From Thermostichus sp. DRC_bins_24 (GTDB lineage Bacteria; Cyanobacteriota; Cyanobacteriia; Thermostichales; Thermostichaceae): 57,246 nucleotides of DNA. Position 1 is the first letter of the stretch. The number at the start of each line of letters is the position of its first letter. This document shows, piece by piece, positions 1 through 10,568 of this stretch. The stretch lies in NCBI GenBank assembly GCA_039794845.1, contig JAUQVK010000091.1:1-57246 (forward strand), in the 5' to 3' direction. The notes under the pieces are model-generated. The model saw only the letters and a program-made list of their open reading frames with translations. It did not search any database and had not been told where the DNA came from. The translations under genes were made by a program, and so were the position numbers.

Positions 1-473
1 TCTTCCGGCACCTGTACCACCAACAAAAACTCACCCGCTTGCACCCGAGTCTGGTAGATAGCCGCCTTATCTTGGGGCATGCCCAACGAGATCAGAGCGG
101 ATCCCAACCCTGCCCCCAGTGCTCCGTAAAGCGCTCCACCCGTTGCCCCCAACAAAGCTGCCCCCAGGGGGCCCGCTGCCACCACTGCCCCCAAAAAGGG
201 CACAAACAAAACCCCCACCCCCGTCAAAACTCCCAATAGAGATCCAAACAGGGATCCATAAATCGCCCCACTGGTCAGACCATCTACAATTACATCTTTA
301 CGGGTGATAAACCCGGTGATCTTGGCTTCGGTTTGGAAGTTCCGTCCAATAATAGAAATGCGGTCGTTGGGAACCCCACGGTTCAACAGCCGCTGAATAC
401 AATCTTGTAATTTATGTTCTTCCTTAAAGGCAGCAGACACACACTTCTGAGGCGGATTGGCAAAGGCACTCAT
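1..473 (-). CDS. General stress protein / ChaB-associated glycine-rich membrane protein; 3' end runs off the window
   Basis: Hand translation from ATG at 473 gives [22 protein letters not shown]...[23 protein letters not shown]...[24 protein letters not shown]...[24 protein letters not shown], open to the window edge. Not in the ORF track because it has no stop. Confidence 0.8.
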   Translation of the reverse strand, partial: MSAFANPPQKCVSAAFKEEHKLQDCIQRLLNRGVPNDRISIIGRNFQTEAKITGFITRKDVIVDGLTSGAIYGSLFGSLLGVLTGVGVLFVPFLGAVVAAGPLGAALLGATGGALYGALGAGLGSALISLGMPQDKAAIYQTRVQAGEFLLVVQVPE

Positions 474-825
474 ACACAGCTCCTAGGGTTGTTGCTACTG
501 GTCTCATTCATCTCCACTATAGACTGCTGGTAAAAACCATCAAGGAGTTGCAAGTTAGAGAAAACAGGAAAGCTAAGGGGGGATTCCCGCCCAAGAAGTC
601 TCTTAGGAACAACAGGGAAACAGCTTCTGAATCAAATCCGTCGGTTGAAGTGAGAAAAGACCGTCGAGTGGTCTATCCAACTGGCGTGTGTCTTCCGAAG
701 ATCCTTCCCCCTTGCATTTGGCCTAGCTCCGGGATCCAGTCTTCAAGGCGCTCTTCTCCGGCTTGGATACCTACCAAGGCCAACTCCGTCCTTCAGAACT
801 TGCTACCCCTCTAAAGGATAGGGGC

Positions 826-862
826 TAAAAGAGAGGGATCCCCACTTGCTTCGGGGATCCCT
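826..862 (-). terminator. Probable intrinsic terminator of psaL-psaI
   Basis: 10-bp perfect stem AGGGATCCCC (834-843) / GGGGATCCCT (853-862), followed on the minus strand by CTCTTTT. Confidence 0.6.
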
Positions 863-923
863 AGCTCAACCTTGGCCGGTTCTTGGGCCAGTCGGCGCCG
901 ATGAGGATAAAAATACTTCCGAC

Positions 924-1037
924 CTAGTCGCGCTCAACATACAAAAAGAGTACAGCCATGCTGACAGCAGGCAATAACCAGCAGACAATCGGGATAAAAA
1001 TCCAAGGGAGATAAGCGGCGGCGTAAGAACCAGTCAT
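924..1037 (-). CDS. psaI: Photosystem I subunit VIII (37 aa)
   Basis: Hand translation [37 protein letters not shown]; lies directly downstream of psaL. Confidence 0.95.
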   Translation of the reverse strand: MTGSYAAAYLPWIFIPIVCWLLPAVSMAVLFLYVERD

Positions 1038-1110
1038 GACAATTGCTCCTGTAGCGTAGTGGGTAAAGAAGACTGTTAAACGATGAGGGTGGATAGAGGG
1101 GCTCCCCCTG

Positions 1111-1581
1111 TTAGTTCACAAGCCCTCGGAAGATGGCATTGATCCCGGCGAAGTTCTCCAGCAGGAAGTAGGCCGCAAAAACTCCACCCATACCGCCCAG
1201 GAAGAATCCCGCCGTCAGGTCTCCCCAGCCGCGAGCTGTGGCCAAAGGGTCAGCCCCCGGAGTTTCTGGTTTGTTTCCAAAGCTAACGCTGCCGTAGGCC
1301 GACATACAGGCGGTTCCCAACAGCACAATTACCATTGCCGTAACCAATCCACCCAGATTGGCCGCCTCGGGATAGTCGCGCAGCGGCCCTACCACAATTT
1401 CTGGCCCCACCAAGAAATAACCATGGGCCAACCCAATCTCTAGCCCCCGCAACAGCGGCGATAGCCCGGGACGGTTGATGGGGAGATTGTTGATGAACAG
1501 ACGGGTAACGGGAGAATCACTAATGGGCGTAGAAAGATGCCCCTCGCAGGGATCGTCGTTAAAGGTGCGAATGTAATCCAT
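1111..1581 (-). CDS. psaL: Photosystem I subunit XI
   Basis: Motifs [26 protein letters not shown] and GPLRD, plus GFFLGGMGG in the last helix. Confidence 0.96.
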   Translation of the reverse strand: MDYIRTFNDDPCEGHLSTPISDSPVTRLFINNLPINRPGLSPLLRGLEIGLAHGYFLVGPEIVVGPLRDYPEAANLGGLVTAMVIVLLGTACMSAYGSVSFGNKPETPGADPLATARGWGDLTAGFFLGGMGGVFAAYFLLENFAGINAIFRGLVN

Positions 1582-1794
1582 GTCCGAAGGTCCTGCCTGG
1601 AATTTTGGGATTCATTCTACGGGGCTTAAGTTACCCTCTCGGCAGCCACCACCCGGATCGTTAGAAAAGTTCATGCTCCCTTAACACAGATGCAGAATCC
1701 ACTCAGAACCCCTCTTAGCAAGATCCCTTGTGTAGAAATACAAAAAAATACAAAAAGAGTTCGGCAGCAGCGAGAAACCCCACGATTTGGCCTC

Positions 1795-1823
1795 AAAAAA
1801 AGCCCGGCTGAACCCAGCCGAGC
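1795..1823 (-). terminator. Intrinsic terminator of psbEFLJ
   Basis: Minus strand reads GCTCGGCTG-GGTT-CAGCCGGGC followed by T7. Confidence 0.8.
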
Positions 1824-1892
1824 CGAAATATCACAGCGTAAAGAGTCGATTTTCACCAATCAAGAACTACAACAAGACGCACAACCTCAAAC

Positions 1893-2012
1893 CTACAGGC
1901 TTGAGCCCAAACCCACATAGGAGCCGTAGAAGAAAAGCCCCAGTACCGTGAGCACTCCCAAACCTACAATGACTGCCACTATCCACAAAGGAATCCTTGC
2001 CTGACTGGTCAT
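1893..2012 (-). CDS. psbJ: Photosystem II protein J (39 aa)
   Basis: [39 protein letters not shown]; start trimmed to the ATG at 2012. Confidence 0.96.
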   Translation of the reverse strand: MTSQARIPLWIVAVIVGLGVLTVLGLFFYGSYVGLGSSL

Positions 2013-2204
2013 ACTGATTGGCCTCCAAAAAACAAAATCAACACAGACTACAGACCTTGCATGGGTTTGCCACGACAAGGAATGGGCTTCCTGATCCTGC
2101 AAGGAACCAAAAGCCAAACACAATAAAGAATCCAGAACTCATTCAGAGCTAACGCTGATTCCGCGCCACATCTGTCCTCTCAAAACTGAGATAGAACTCA
2201 AGCC

Positions 2205-2330
2205 TCAATTAAGGAAGTAGCTGGAGAACAGCAACCCAACCACAAACACCAACAACAAACCCAAGTACAGGGATGTGCGGTTCAGCTCAACAGGTTGGGA
2301 ATTGGGATTTCTTTCAGGTTGGTCCGCCAT
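2205..2330 (-). CDS. psbL: Photosystem II protein L (41 aa)
   Basis: [37 protein letters not shown] at 2330. Confidence 0.97.
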   Translation of the reverse strand: MADQPERNPNSQPVELNRTSLYLGLLLVFVVGLLFSSYFLN

Positions 2331-2335
2331 GGGGT

Positions 2336-2467
2336 TCACCGTTGAATAAACTGCATCGCAGCAATGGCTCCCAAGAAGAAAACCGTTGGGATCGCCAAAG
2401 TGTGCACCGCCAACCAACGGACGGTGAACACAGGGTAAAAGACGGGTTCGTCAGAGTTAACTGCCAT
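2336..2467 (-). CDS. psbF: Cytochrome b559 beta subunit (43 aa)
   Basis: Hand translation [43 protein letters not shown]. Confidence 0.97.
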   Translation of the reverse strand: MAVNSDEPVFYPVFTVRWLAVHTLAIPTVFFLGAIAAMQFIQR

Positions 2468-2542
2468 AGTCGGGATCCTGTCCTAAGCAACAAAACGAAA
2501 CAAAGTAAGTTTACAAATCTTAGCGTCGCGCCGGGCTAATTC

Positions 2543-2788
2543 CTACTGACTTAGCCTTTCCAGCTGATCCAGAGCCTGAAAACGATCGCTTACAATCGGC
2601 AACTCTTGTCGCTCTGCCGTGAAATACTCATTGGGGCGCGGAGTGCCGAAAACATCATAAGCCAAGCCGGTGCTCACGAAGAGCCAACCTGCTAAAAACA
2701 AAGCGGGAATCGTCAGAGCATGAATAACCCAGTAGCGCACACTGGTGATGATATCGGCGAAAGGCCGCTCTCCGGTGTTGCCAGACAT
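2543..2788 (-). CDS. psbE: Cytochrome b559 alpha subunit
   Basis: [19 protein letters not shown]...[24 protein letters not shown] upstream. Confidence 0.98.
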   Translation of the reverse strand: MSGNTGERPFADIITSVRYWVIHALTIPALFLAGWLFVSTGLAYDVFGTPRPNEYFTAERQELPIVSDRFQALDQLERLSQ

Positions 2789-3362
2789 GAACTTCCTCCC
2801 TTAGCTGCTGCGGTGATGACAAAAGTGCTTCCTGAATATACACAATGATAAGGAGCCCGATGCACAACTACAAGTTACAAGAGAATTTCTCAGGAGATTC
2901 TGCCGCCAAGCCGGATTCCGCCTCAGATAAGTAAAATTTCCTAATCATGGCCGGGCCCAACTGAGAAATGGGTTGCAGCAAGTTCCCCCACCTGAGTTCT
3001 ACCAAGATTCGTCGCAGTGCTCCGAGCATCGACCACGATCTAGGCTCAACCCAGATCTGGCCTCGGTATCACACGGGAACGACGCCTTTGTCCATTCAAA
3101 ACCGGAGGCACATTGGGTACACAAATTGGGCGCATAAACCCGGTCGGGAGCTTCTGCTCCTCCTTCTGGAGGAGCCGTTACAGCCCTTCCGCCGGTCACC
3201 TACAACTGTAGAAGCCAAGACTTTCCTTTCCAGCCCAATGGGGCTCCGCACCCCGCGTAAGGGATGAGCGTCGGGTACTTCACGGGCAACCGTTACAATG
3301 CTTGTATCCCACTGCAGAGCAGTGTGAAGTAGGAAAGCTTTTCTCCCCAGGAGCCCTGAACA

Positions 3363-5963
3363 GTGGACGCGCGGTACAATCCTCAGGCCATCGAGACCAA
3401 ATGGCAGGCCCATTGGCGTGAAACCGGGCTGGATCGCACCCCGGAGCTGAGTGAGGGGATCCGCAAATTTTATGCCCTGTCGATGTTTCCGTACCCCAGC
3501 GGCAGGTTGCATATGGGGCATGTGCGCAACTACTCGATTACGGATGTGATCGCCCGCCATAAGCGGATGCAGGGGTATGCGGTGTTGCACCCGATGGGCT
3601 GGGATGCTTTTGGGTTGCCTGCTGAGAATGCCGCCATTGACCGAGGGATCCCGCCCGCCAAGTGGACCTATGAGAACATTGCCCAGATGCGGGATCAACT
3701 GCAGCGGCTAGGCCTCTCCTACGACTGGGAGCGGGAGGTGACCAGTTGCTCGCCGGACTATTACAAGTGGACACAGTGGATCTTTCTGCAATTTTTGGCG
3801 GCGGGGTTGGCTTACCAAAAAGAAGCAGCGGTGAACTGGGATCCCGTCGATCAAACCGTTTTGGCCAACGAACAGGTGGATGCGGAGGGCCGTTCCTGGC
3901 GCTCCGGTGCCCTGGTAGAAAAGCGGATGCTGAAGCAGTGGTTCCTTAAGATTACCGACTATGCCGATCAACTGCTGGCGGATCTGGAAAAACTCCCCGG
4001 CTGGCCGGAGCGGGTGCGCACCATGCAGGAGAACTGGATCGGCCAGTCCACTGGAGCCAAGGTGGTGTTCAAAAGCGAATCAGGGGATGAGCTGCCCGTC
4101 TTCACCACCCGACCCGATACCCTCTGGGGGGCCACCTTCATGGTGTTGTCGCCGGAACATCCCTTAGTGGAACGCCTCACCACCCCCGAGCAAGCCGAAG
4201 CCGTCAAAACCTACCAAGCCCAGGCGGCGGCCCAGAGCGAGATCGACCGTACCGCCGAAGATCGGGAAAAAACCGGGGTCTGGACGGGATCCTTCGCCAT
4301 CAATCCGGTAAATGGCGAGAAAATCCCCATCTGGATCGCCGACTACGTGCTAATGGGCTATGGCACCGGGGCGATCATGGCGGTGCCGGCCCATGACCAG
4401 CGGGATTTTGAGTTTGCCCGCAAATTTGGGATCCCGATCAAACTGGTGGTGCAGCCCCCGGATGAAAGCGTGACATCGGCGGCGGATCTGCAGGCGGCCT
4501 GGGCCGGAGAAGGGGTGATGATTCACTCTGGCCCCCTAGACGGGATCCCGGCGGGTAAAGGCCCGGGGCAAAGCGTAGAAAAGGCCATTGCTTGGCTGGA
4601 AGAACAGGGCTTGGGGGAAAAGCAGATCAACTACCGTCTGCGGGATTGGTTGATCTCGCGGCAACGCTACTGGGGCTGCCCAATCCCGGTGATTCATTGC
4701 CCCAATTGCGGCATTGTGCCGGTGCCGGAGGCGGATCTGCCGGTGATCCTGCCAGAAGAAGTGGAGCTGAGTGGACGGGGGGGATCCCCGTTGGCCCAGA
4801 TGGAGGATTGGGTCAACGTTAAGTGCCCCACCTGTGGCACAGAAGCCCGCCGCGAGACCGACACGATGGATACGTTTATTTGTTCCTCGTGGTACTTCTT
4901 GCGCTTTAGCGATGCCCGCAACGACAAAGAGATCTTCCGCAAAGATCAGGTCAATGGCTGGTTGCCGGTGGATCAATATGTGGGGGGCATCGAGCACGCC
5001 ATCTTGCATCTGCTCTACTCACGCTTCTTTACCAAAGTGTTGCGGGATCGGGGCTTATTGGATTTTGATGAGCCGTTTTTGCGGCTCTTGACCCAGGGGA
5101 TGGTGCAGGGGCTGACCTACTTTAATCCCAACAAATCCGGCAAAGACAAGTGGATCCCGGCGGCTCTCATCAAAGATCCCGACAATCCTGTGGATCCGGA
5201 AACGGGTGAAAAGCTGGAAAAGATTTACGCCACCATGTCCAAATCCAAGGGCAATGGGGTGGATCCCGAGGAGGTATTGGCCAACTATGGGGCCGATACC
5301 GCCCGGATGTTTATCCTCTTCAAAGCGCCTCCCGAAAAGGATTTGGAATGGGATGATGCCGATGTGGAAGGGCAATTTCGCTTTCTCAACCGGGTCTGGC
5401 GGCAGGTGCATGAGTTCGTGGAGCAGGCTCATTTTCAAGACCTGTTGACGAGTGAAATTGCGGTGGGATCCCTGAGCAAGCCGGAAAAAGATCTGCGTCG
5501 GGCTGTCCACACCGCCATCAAAGAGATCAGCGACGATATCGAAGAGGGCTATCAGTTCAATACCGCCATCTCCGAGCTGATGAAGCTGAGCAACGCCCTA
5601 AATGAGTCTGGGCTCTTGCAGTCACCTGTCTATGCCGATGGGATCCGCACCCTGGTGCTGTTGATGGCCCCCTTTGCCCCCCATATTGCCGAGGAATTGT
5701 GGCAGGCGTTGGGGGGGACGGGCTCGGTTCACCAGCAGTCTTGGCCCAGTTACGATCCGGCAGCATTGATTGCCGATACCGTCACGATTGTGATCCAGGT
5801 GAATGGAAAATTGCGCGGCTCCTTTGAGGCTCCCTCGGAAGTTACCCAAGAGGAGCAAGAACAGTTGGCCTTGGCATCCGAAGTGGCCCAGAAATACTTG
5901 GATGGAGCGACTCCCAAAAAGGTAATTGTGGTGCCCAAAAAGCTGGTTAACTTTGTGGTTTAG
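3363..5963 (+). CDS. leuS: Leucine--tRNA ligase
   Basis: HIGH-type motif [13 protein letters not shown], editing-domain [22 protein letters not shown]-type TMSKSKGN. Confidence 0.98.
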   Translation: MDARYNPQAIETKWQAHWRETGLDRTPELSEGIRKFYALSMFPYPSGRLHMGHVRNYSITDVIARHKRMQGYAVLHPMGWDAFGLPAENAAIDRGIPPAKWTYENIAQMRDQLQRLGLSYDWEREVTSCSPDYYKWTQWIFLQFLAAGLAYQKEAAVNWDPVDQTVLANEQVDAEGRSWRSGALVEKRMLKQWFLKITDYADQLLADLEKLPGWPERVRTMQENWIGQSTGAKVVFKSESGDELPVFTTRPDTLWGATFMVLSPEHPLVERLTTPEQAEAVKTYQAQAAAQSEIDRTAEDREKTGVWTGSFAINPVNGEKIPIWIADYVLMGYGTGAIMAVPAHDQRDFEFARKFGIPIKLVVQPPDESVTSAADLQAAWAGEGVMIHSGPLDGIPAGKGPGQSVEKAIAWLEEQGLGEKQINYRLRDWLISRQRYWGCPIPVIHCPNCGIVPVPEADLPVILPEEVELSGRGGSPLAQMEDWVNVKCPTCGTEARRETDTMDTFICSSWYFLRFSDARNDKEIFRKDQVNGWLPVDQYVGGIEHAILHLLYSRFFTKVLRDRGLLDFDEPFLRLLTQGMVQGLTYFNPNKSGKDKWIPAALIKDPDNPVDPETGEKLEKIYATMSKSKGNGVDPEEVLANYGADTARMFILFKAPPEKDLEWDDADVEGQFRFLNRVWRQVHEFVEQAHFQDLLTSEIAVGSLSKPEKDLRRAVHTAIKEISDDIEEGYQFNTAISELMKLSNALNESGLLQSPVYADGIRTLVLLMAPFAPHIAEELWQALGGTGSVHQQSWPSYDPAALIADTVTIVIQVNGKLRGSFEAPSEVTQEEQEQLALASEVAQKYLDGATPKKVIVVPKKLVNFVV

Positions 5964-6069
5964 AACAGTTGTCGATTGCAATCGCAACAAGCTTACCCTC
6001 TTCGTCACAGTCCAAAATCAAGCCCTCCATGATAACATCGGTTGAGGCAACTGGCTTACCGGTGAGTTC

Positions 6070-6111
6070 AACAAAATAACAAAAAATAACAAAATAAAAT
6101 AACAAAATAAC
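6070..6111. repeat. AT-rich short tandem repeat, roughly (ACAAAATA)n, imperfect, 4-5 units
   Basis: AACAAAATAACAAAAAATAACAAAATAAAATAACAAAATAAC between convergent leuS and pyrFE. Confidence 0.8.
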
Positions 6112-6123
6112 GACCGTGGCTAC

Positions 6124-7620
6124 TCACAAAAGGTTAAACTGAGCTTCGTCAATGCGACCGGCTCGGAAAAGGGTGGTTTTGATTTCAGAAAGCGTGAGAA
6201 CAGCATGGCCGCGATAGCCCCGCTCTTGTAGGCGTTCCCGCACCCCCTGTTCGTGATCGATAAACACCACAATGTCCTCCACCTTCAACCCAGCTGAGCG
6301 AAGTTTCTCTGCTCCTTCCATAGCGCTGCGACCCGTGATCAAAATATCATCCACCACCACCACCGTTTCTCCCGGTTGATAGGCTCCCTCAATTTGTCGG
6401 CGAGTTCCGTGGGCTTTCACCTCTTTGCGGGGGTAGATCATGGGCTTGTTCAGCCGTAAGGATAATCCTGTCGCTGTTGGTAAAGATCCATAGGGGATCC
6501 CGGCAATTCGGTCAAACGAAAGGGTTTCTAGGATCTCGGCATAAGCATTGAGGATGTGGTGAAAAATTTGGGGTTTGGAAATGATGGTACGCAGGTCAAT
6601 GTAGTAGGGCAAGGTTTGGCCCGAGGCTTGCACATAATCCCCGAACAAAATACAGCCGATGTCGTACAGTTCCAGAATCAAATCCGCATGGGGATCCGGT
6701 TGCAACAAACAAACATCCGGCATCCATAGGTCACAGACCGACTCGGATCCCAGCCGCTGAGACCGGGTCTTTTCCACGGTTTCTCGCAAGTCGGTTACCG
6801 CCTCTTTCAAATCTTGGCGGGATAGCCAATCCTGAGGCACCGGCAACAGCAAGCCCTCTCCATGCCTATCCAGACCAGCCCCCAGACAAGCCTGCCAATC
6901 CACCCCCTCTCCCCAGAGGCTGCGAGCCAAAATTAACCGTTCGGGAGCCACGGCTCGGATGCGGCGCATCACCCAGGGATCCGGGGATCCCACTTCTAGC
7001 GCTACCTGCTCCGGTGTACCCCAACTGCGGCATTGCCTCACCAAGTTCAGATAAAAGGGATCCACCACCTCGGTGCCCCCCTGCTGCATCGACACGGCCT
7101 CAGAAGGATAGTCCTGAATGGAATTGGCCCCAGGATTGCTGGTACGACAGAGGAGAAAGACTGCCTTGTGGGGATAGAGCAAAAAAGGAGCAACCAGATC
7201 CTGCCCCGCGTAAGGGTTAAGGGTGAGAGCATCCACCTTCCAAACTTCAAAAGCCTGTTGAGCCAGGGCAGTGGCGCTGTTCAAATCGGCGTACTTGGCA
7301 TCGAGAATGATGGGGATTTCTTCAGGCACCCGGCGCAGCACCCATTCCAGCAATTCTAAGCCGCGAGCTCCCAAGGCCAGATAAAACCCCAGCGTTGGCT
7401 TGTAGGCACACACCTGATCCCGGGTTTGCTCGATCACCCCATCCAGCCAGTCCAGCAATTCCGTCATCATGCGCGGCGCTGAGGCGGCAAACAGGTTTGA
7501 ATTGGGTCCTCCTTCAGATGCGCGGCAAGAAGGCAGCAACTCTGGATTGGGATCCAGCCCCAACCATAAGCAACTCTGGTTCTGCTGGCTCATGGCCGCC
7601 AATTTATCGCGGAAGTTCAC
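6124..7620 (-). CDS. pyrFE: Bifunctional OMP decarboxylase / orotate phosphoribosyltransferase (PyrF-PyrE fusion)
   Basis: N-domain GLDPNP, AYKPTLGFY and DAKYAD; C-domain YYIDLR, RKEVKAHGT and VVVVDDILITGRS (PRPP loop). Probable GTG start at 7620. Confidence 0.93.
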   Translation of the reverse strand: MNFRDKLAAMSQQNQSCLWLGLDPNPELLPSCRASEGGPNSNLFAASAPRMMTELLDWLDGVIEQTRDQVCAYKPTLGFYLALGARGLELLEWVLRRVPEEIPIILDAKYADLNSATALAQQAFEVWKVDALTLNPYAGQDLVAPFLLYPHKAVFLLCRTSNPGANSIQDYPSEAVSMQQGGTEVVDPFYLNLVRQCRSWGTPEQVALEVGSPDPWVMRRIRAVAPERLILARSLWGEGVDWQACLGAGLDRHGEGLLLPVPQDWLSRQDLKEAVTDLRETVEKTRSQRLGSESVCDLWMPDVCLLQPDPHADLILELYDIGCILFGDYVQASGQTLPYYIDLRTIISKPQIFHHILNAYAEILETLSFDRIAGIPYGSLPTATGLSLRLNKPMIYPRKEVKAHGTRRQIEGAYQPGETVVVVDDILITGRSAMEGAEKLRSAGLKVEDIVVFIDHEQGVRERLQERGYRGHAVLTLSEIKTTLFRAGRIDEAQFNLL

Positions 7621-7808
7621 CCCATGCCTCTTCACGTGCAACGGCCCAATGCTTGGTAACTTGGCTTCAGGCAGGAACCCTGAGCTTTCTCATTGTGCGT
7701 CCTTCTGAACCCCAAATCCTCTCACGGTTGGGATCCGATTCTTGCTAGACCCAGATCCACCTTATGATAAGGCTATGCTGGATTGCAGACCCCATTGTTC
7801 CGTCTGCC

Positions 7809-9197
7809 ATGCGAGACCTGCTGCACGACATCATTCAGGAGTATTCCGGCTTTGTGGAACTTCGCTACCACGGCAAGGTGTTTCGCAGTGTCACCGCCGA
7901 AAAGGGCCGCATTGAGCGCACCGCCATTCGCCGTCGTTCCGGAGTTGGGGTACGGGTACTGGAAGCGGGAACTTGGGGCTTTGCCTCCACCGGGGATCCC
8001 TCGGCTGCCGCCATCCGTGGGGCAATTGAAGAGGCTCGCCGGGCCGCCCAAGCCAGTGCCGGCTACCGCAAACATAAACTGGGATCCCTGCCCACTGTGC
8101 AGCTGGCCCAAGGAGAGTTTTCCGAGCCCGGTGTGGATGAGGTGTTGAATAAACCCCTGGAAGAAAAGATCCATCTGGCTCTAGAGACCGAAGCGCAAAC
8201 CCGCCAGGCTTCCCGTCAAATTAGCTCCGCCAGTTGTACTTACAACGAAATCTACGAAGAAAAAGCAATCGTCACCAGCGATGGGGCAAACGTAGCGTTT
8301 CGGCTGGTGCGTCCCGAATTTCGGGTGCAGGCAGTAGCGGAAGCTTCGGGGCAACTGAGTAGCGGCTCGGAGGCCGTTGGGGTGACGGGCGGGTGGAATT
8401 GTCTGTTTCGGTCGGATCCCTTGCGTATGGCAGAGAAGGCCGCTGCCACAGCGGTCGACTTGTTGTCGGCGGGCTATGCCGAAGGGGGCTGGGCCACGGT
8501 GATTTTGTCGCCTTCCATCGTCGGGTTGCTGGTTCACGAGGCGATTGGCCATACCGTCGAGGCCGATTTTGTGCTGTCGGGTTCGGTGGCGGCGGGCAAA
8601 CTGGGGCAACGGGTGGCGAGTGACTTGGTTACCCTCAAAGATTCCGGCCATTCTGAGCTTATGCCCGGAGCAGGAGGCACCATTCCTGTGGATGACGAAG
8701 GGATCCCCACCCAAAACACCACCATCATCCAAAACGGCATCCTGGTCAGCTACCTACACAACCGCGAAACTGCCGCTCACTTTGGCGTGGAACCCACCGG
8801 CAACGCCCGCGCCTGGGAATATGCCGACGAGCCATTGATTCGCATGCGCAACACCTATATCCAGCCCGGATCCCAGACCTTGGAGGAGATCATCTCCAGC
8901 ACCCCCGATGGCTACTTTTTAGATGGGGCCAGAAATGGGCAGGCAGACTCCACCGGCGAGTTCATGTTTGGGGTGGAACGGGCCTACCGCATTCGCAATG
9001 GCAAACTGGCCGAACTGGTGCGGGGCGTCACGATCACCGGCAATGCCTTTGATGTGTTGCGCTCTGTCGATGCGGTCTCCCAAGACTTTTTGTGGGATCT
9101 GGGATCCGGCCATTGTGGCAAAGGGCAACCGGCCAAAGTGGATGCGGGCGGCCCCTACATTCGCTGCCGCGCCATCTTGGGAGGACAACAAAGTTGA
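7809..9197 (+). CDS. tldD: TldD/PmbA family metalloprotease (TldD-like)
   Basis: HEAIGHTVEAD (HExxxH), DDEG, TGNAR, IRMRNTY and C-terminal CGKGQP. Confidence 0.9.
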   Translation: MRDLLHDIIQEYSGFVELRYHGKVFRSVTAEKGRIERTAIRRRSGVGVRVLEAGTWGFASTGDPSAAAIRGAIEEARRAAQASAGYRKHKLGSLPTVQLAQGEFSEPGVDEVLNKPLEEKIHLALETEAQTRQASRQISSASCTYNEIYEEKAIVTSDGANVAFRLVRPEFRVQAVAEASGQLSSGSEAVGVTGGWNCLFRSDPLRMAEKAAATAVDLLSAGYAEGGWATVILSPSIVGLLVHEAIGHTVEADFVLSGSVAAGKLGQRVASDLVTLKDSGHSELMPGAGGTIPVDDEGIPTQNTTIIQNGILVSYLHNRETAAHFGVEPTGNARAWEYADEPLIRMRNTYIQPGSQTLEEIISSTPDGYFLDGARNGQADSTGEFMFGVERAYRIRNGKLAELVRGVTITGNAFDVLRSVDAVSQDFLWDLGSGHCGKGQPAKVDAGGPYIRCRAILGGQQS

Positions 9198-9205
9198 TGG
9201 ATGCG

Positions 9206-10534
9206 CTAATCGGCTCGTAAGACCAACCGATCGGCTTCCCACTGCCGAAATAGATTGAGAACATGCTCAGCTCTGTCTTCTTGTTGGGCGAGGATCTCAG
9301 TCCCCGAGCGGGCTTGTTCCGCCAAAGGCAGCAACAAATCCACCACTTGATAACGGCTTGAGGTGATAACCTTGCCGGGGATCTGAGCAACTTGCCAGAA
9401 AATATCCATCTTCTGGGTGGGGATCTCTGCTGGGTCAAGTTTACTCAGCAGATCTGAGAAGGGCACCTTTTGATCCAGATAGCGCACACTGCCATGCCGT
9501 ACAAACATCGGGTTGAGTTGCCAACGGGATCCTTTAAAAAAGTCGGCTGTAAAGGGATCCCAGCTAGCGATCTTCTTGCCTTGATGACAACACCAGAATA
9601 GGTTTTGCGTGTGATACAGAGGCTCCAAGCACTCAACCACCTGCAGTTGTTCGATACGAGACAGAGTTTCATATCGTCGATGAAACTCAGGATGGGTAGA
9701 AGCAATCAGGGGTTTCGCATTCCAATCATCTCGATGGGGGGCAACATCGATAAACTCCAACCCAGCTTGGGCCACGAAATCAGGAATCTCTCCAATGTCA
9801 AAGGGAATGTCATTGACATGGAAAAAGTTATCGACGATGTTCTCATCCCGCAAATAGTATTCTTTATTGGCAGTGGCGTGCTTGGCCAAAAGAGAATTGG
9901 GGTTGGCCCCATTCAGCAATTGCCGCACAAATTCGATCTTCTCGGGCGTGGCAGGTGGGGTAATGCCCAGCAATTCTAGAGCCTTGCGAATGCGATACAA
10001 ATGCCAGCGACCTGAACGGTTGTAGAGCATCAGGGCGATCACCCCCTCAGGAGCCAGCCGTTTTGCCAAATTCTCCAAAGCCTTCAAGGGATCCGCCGTG
10101 TGGTGAATCACCCCATAGGAGCTGATCATATCGAAGCTGCCCTCTGGCCAAGTCGAGGGATCCAACAAATCCCCGTACTGCACAGAACAGTTGCTCAGGC
10201 CGTGGTGCTTAATGCGTCGATTGGCAATTTCTAGGGAAGGACGGCTGATGTCGATCCCCACCACAGAGGCATAGCCAGGGTTGCTGGCGGCAATGCCATG
10301 TACTTCATAACCGGTGCCACACCCCCCTACCAAAAACCTGGCTCCGGTAGGCTCTTTCAAGGTGCGGGTGCGGGCGTACTGAGCCAAGGTATAGCTGCCC
10401 AAACTGGAGAAGCCCTGAAAAGGCTGATCGTAGGGAACCGGAGGATAAGGGAACGTCTCGTACTGGGTCTGTACCGCCAGAGTAATATCGGCCTCGTTCA
10501 CAAAAAGCACTTCCTTCCACACATTCCTCCCCAT
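9206..10534 (-). CDS. Class I SAM-dependent methyltransferase
   Basis: QYETFPYP, VGGCGTG (motif I), GIDIS and FDMISSYGVIHHTADP. Confidence 0.85.
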   Translation of the reverse strand: MGRNVWKEVLFVNEADITLAVQTQYETFPYPPVPYDQPFQGFSSLGSYTLAQYARTRTLKEPTGARFLVGGCGTGYEVHGIAASNPGYASVVGIDISRPSLEIANRRIKHHGLSNCSVQYGDLLDPSTWPEGSFDMISSYGVIHHTADPLKALENLAKRLAPEGVIALMLYNRSGRWHLYRIRKALELLGITPPATPEKIEFVRQLLNGANPNSLLAKHATANKEYYLRDENIVDNFFHVNDIPFDIGEIPDFVAQAGLEFIDVAPHRDDWNAKPLIASTHPEFHRRYETLSRIEQLQVVECLEPLYHTQNLFWCCHQGKKIASWDPFTADFFKGSRWQLNPMFVRHGSVRYLDQKVPFSDLLSKLDPAEIPTQKMDIFWQVAQIPGKVITSSRYQVVDLLLPLAEQARSGTEILAQQEDRAEHVLNLFRQWEADRLVLRAD

Positions 10535-10568
10535 CCTACGGTCTTCACAGGGCTTTGGGTTGGGGAAC

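Noticed and set aside
548..814. 88-aa ORF (also the 99-aa ORF at 2968..3267)
   Set aside because: No clear RBS, atypical composition and no motif.
3150..3235. RNase P-like (GGAAAGTC) and SRP-like (GAAGG..AGCAG) words on the minus strand
   Set aside because: The full consensus elements (GAGGAAAGTCCGGGC; CAGGTCCGGAAGGAAGCAGC) are absent.
7809..10534. TldD plus methyltransferase as a RiPP biosynthetic cluster
   Set aside because: The genes are convergent, with no precursor peptide, YcaO, TldE or exporter nearby.
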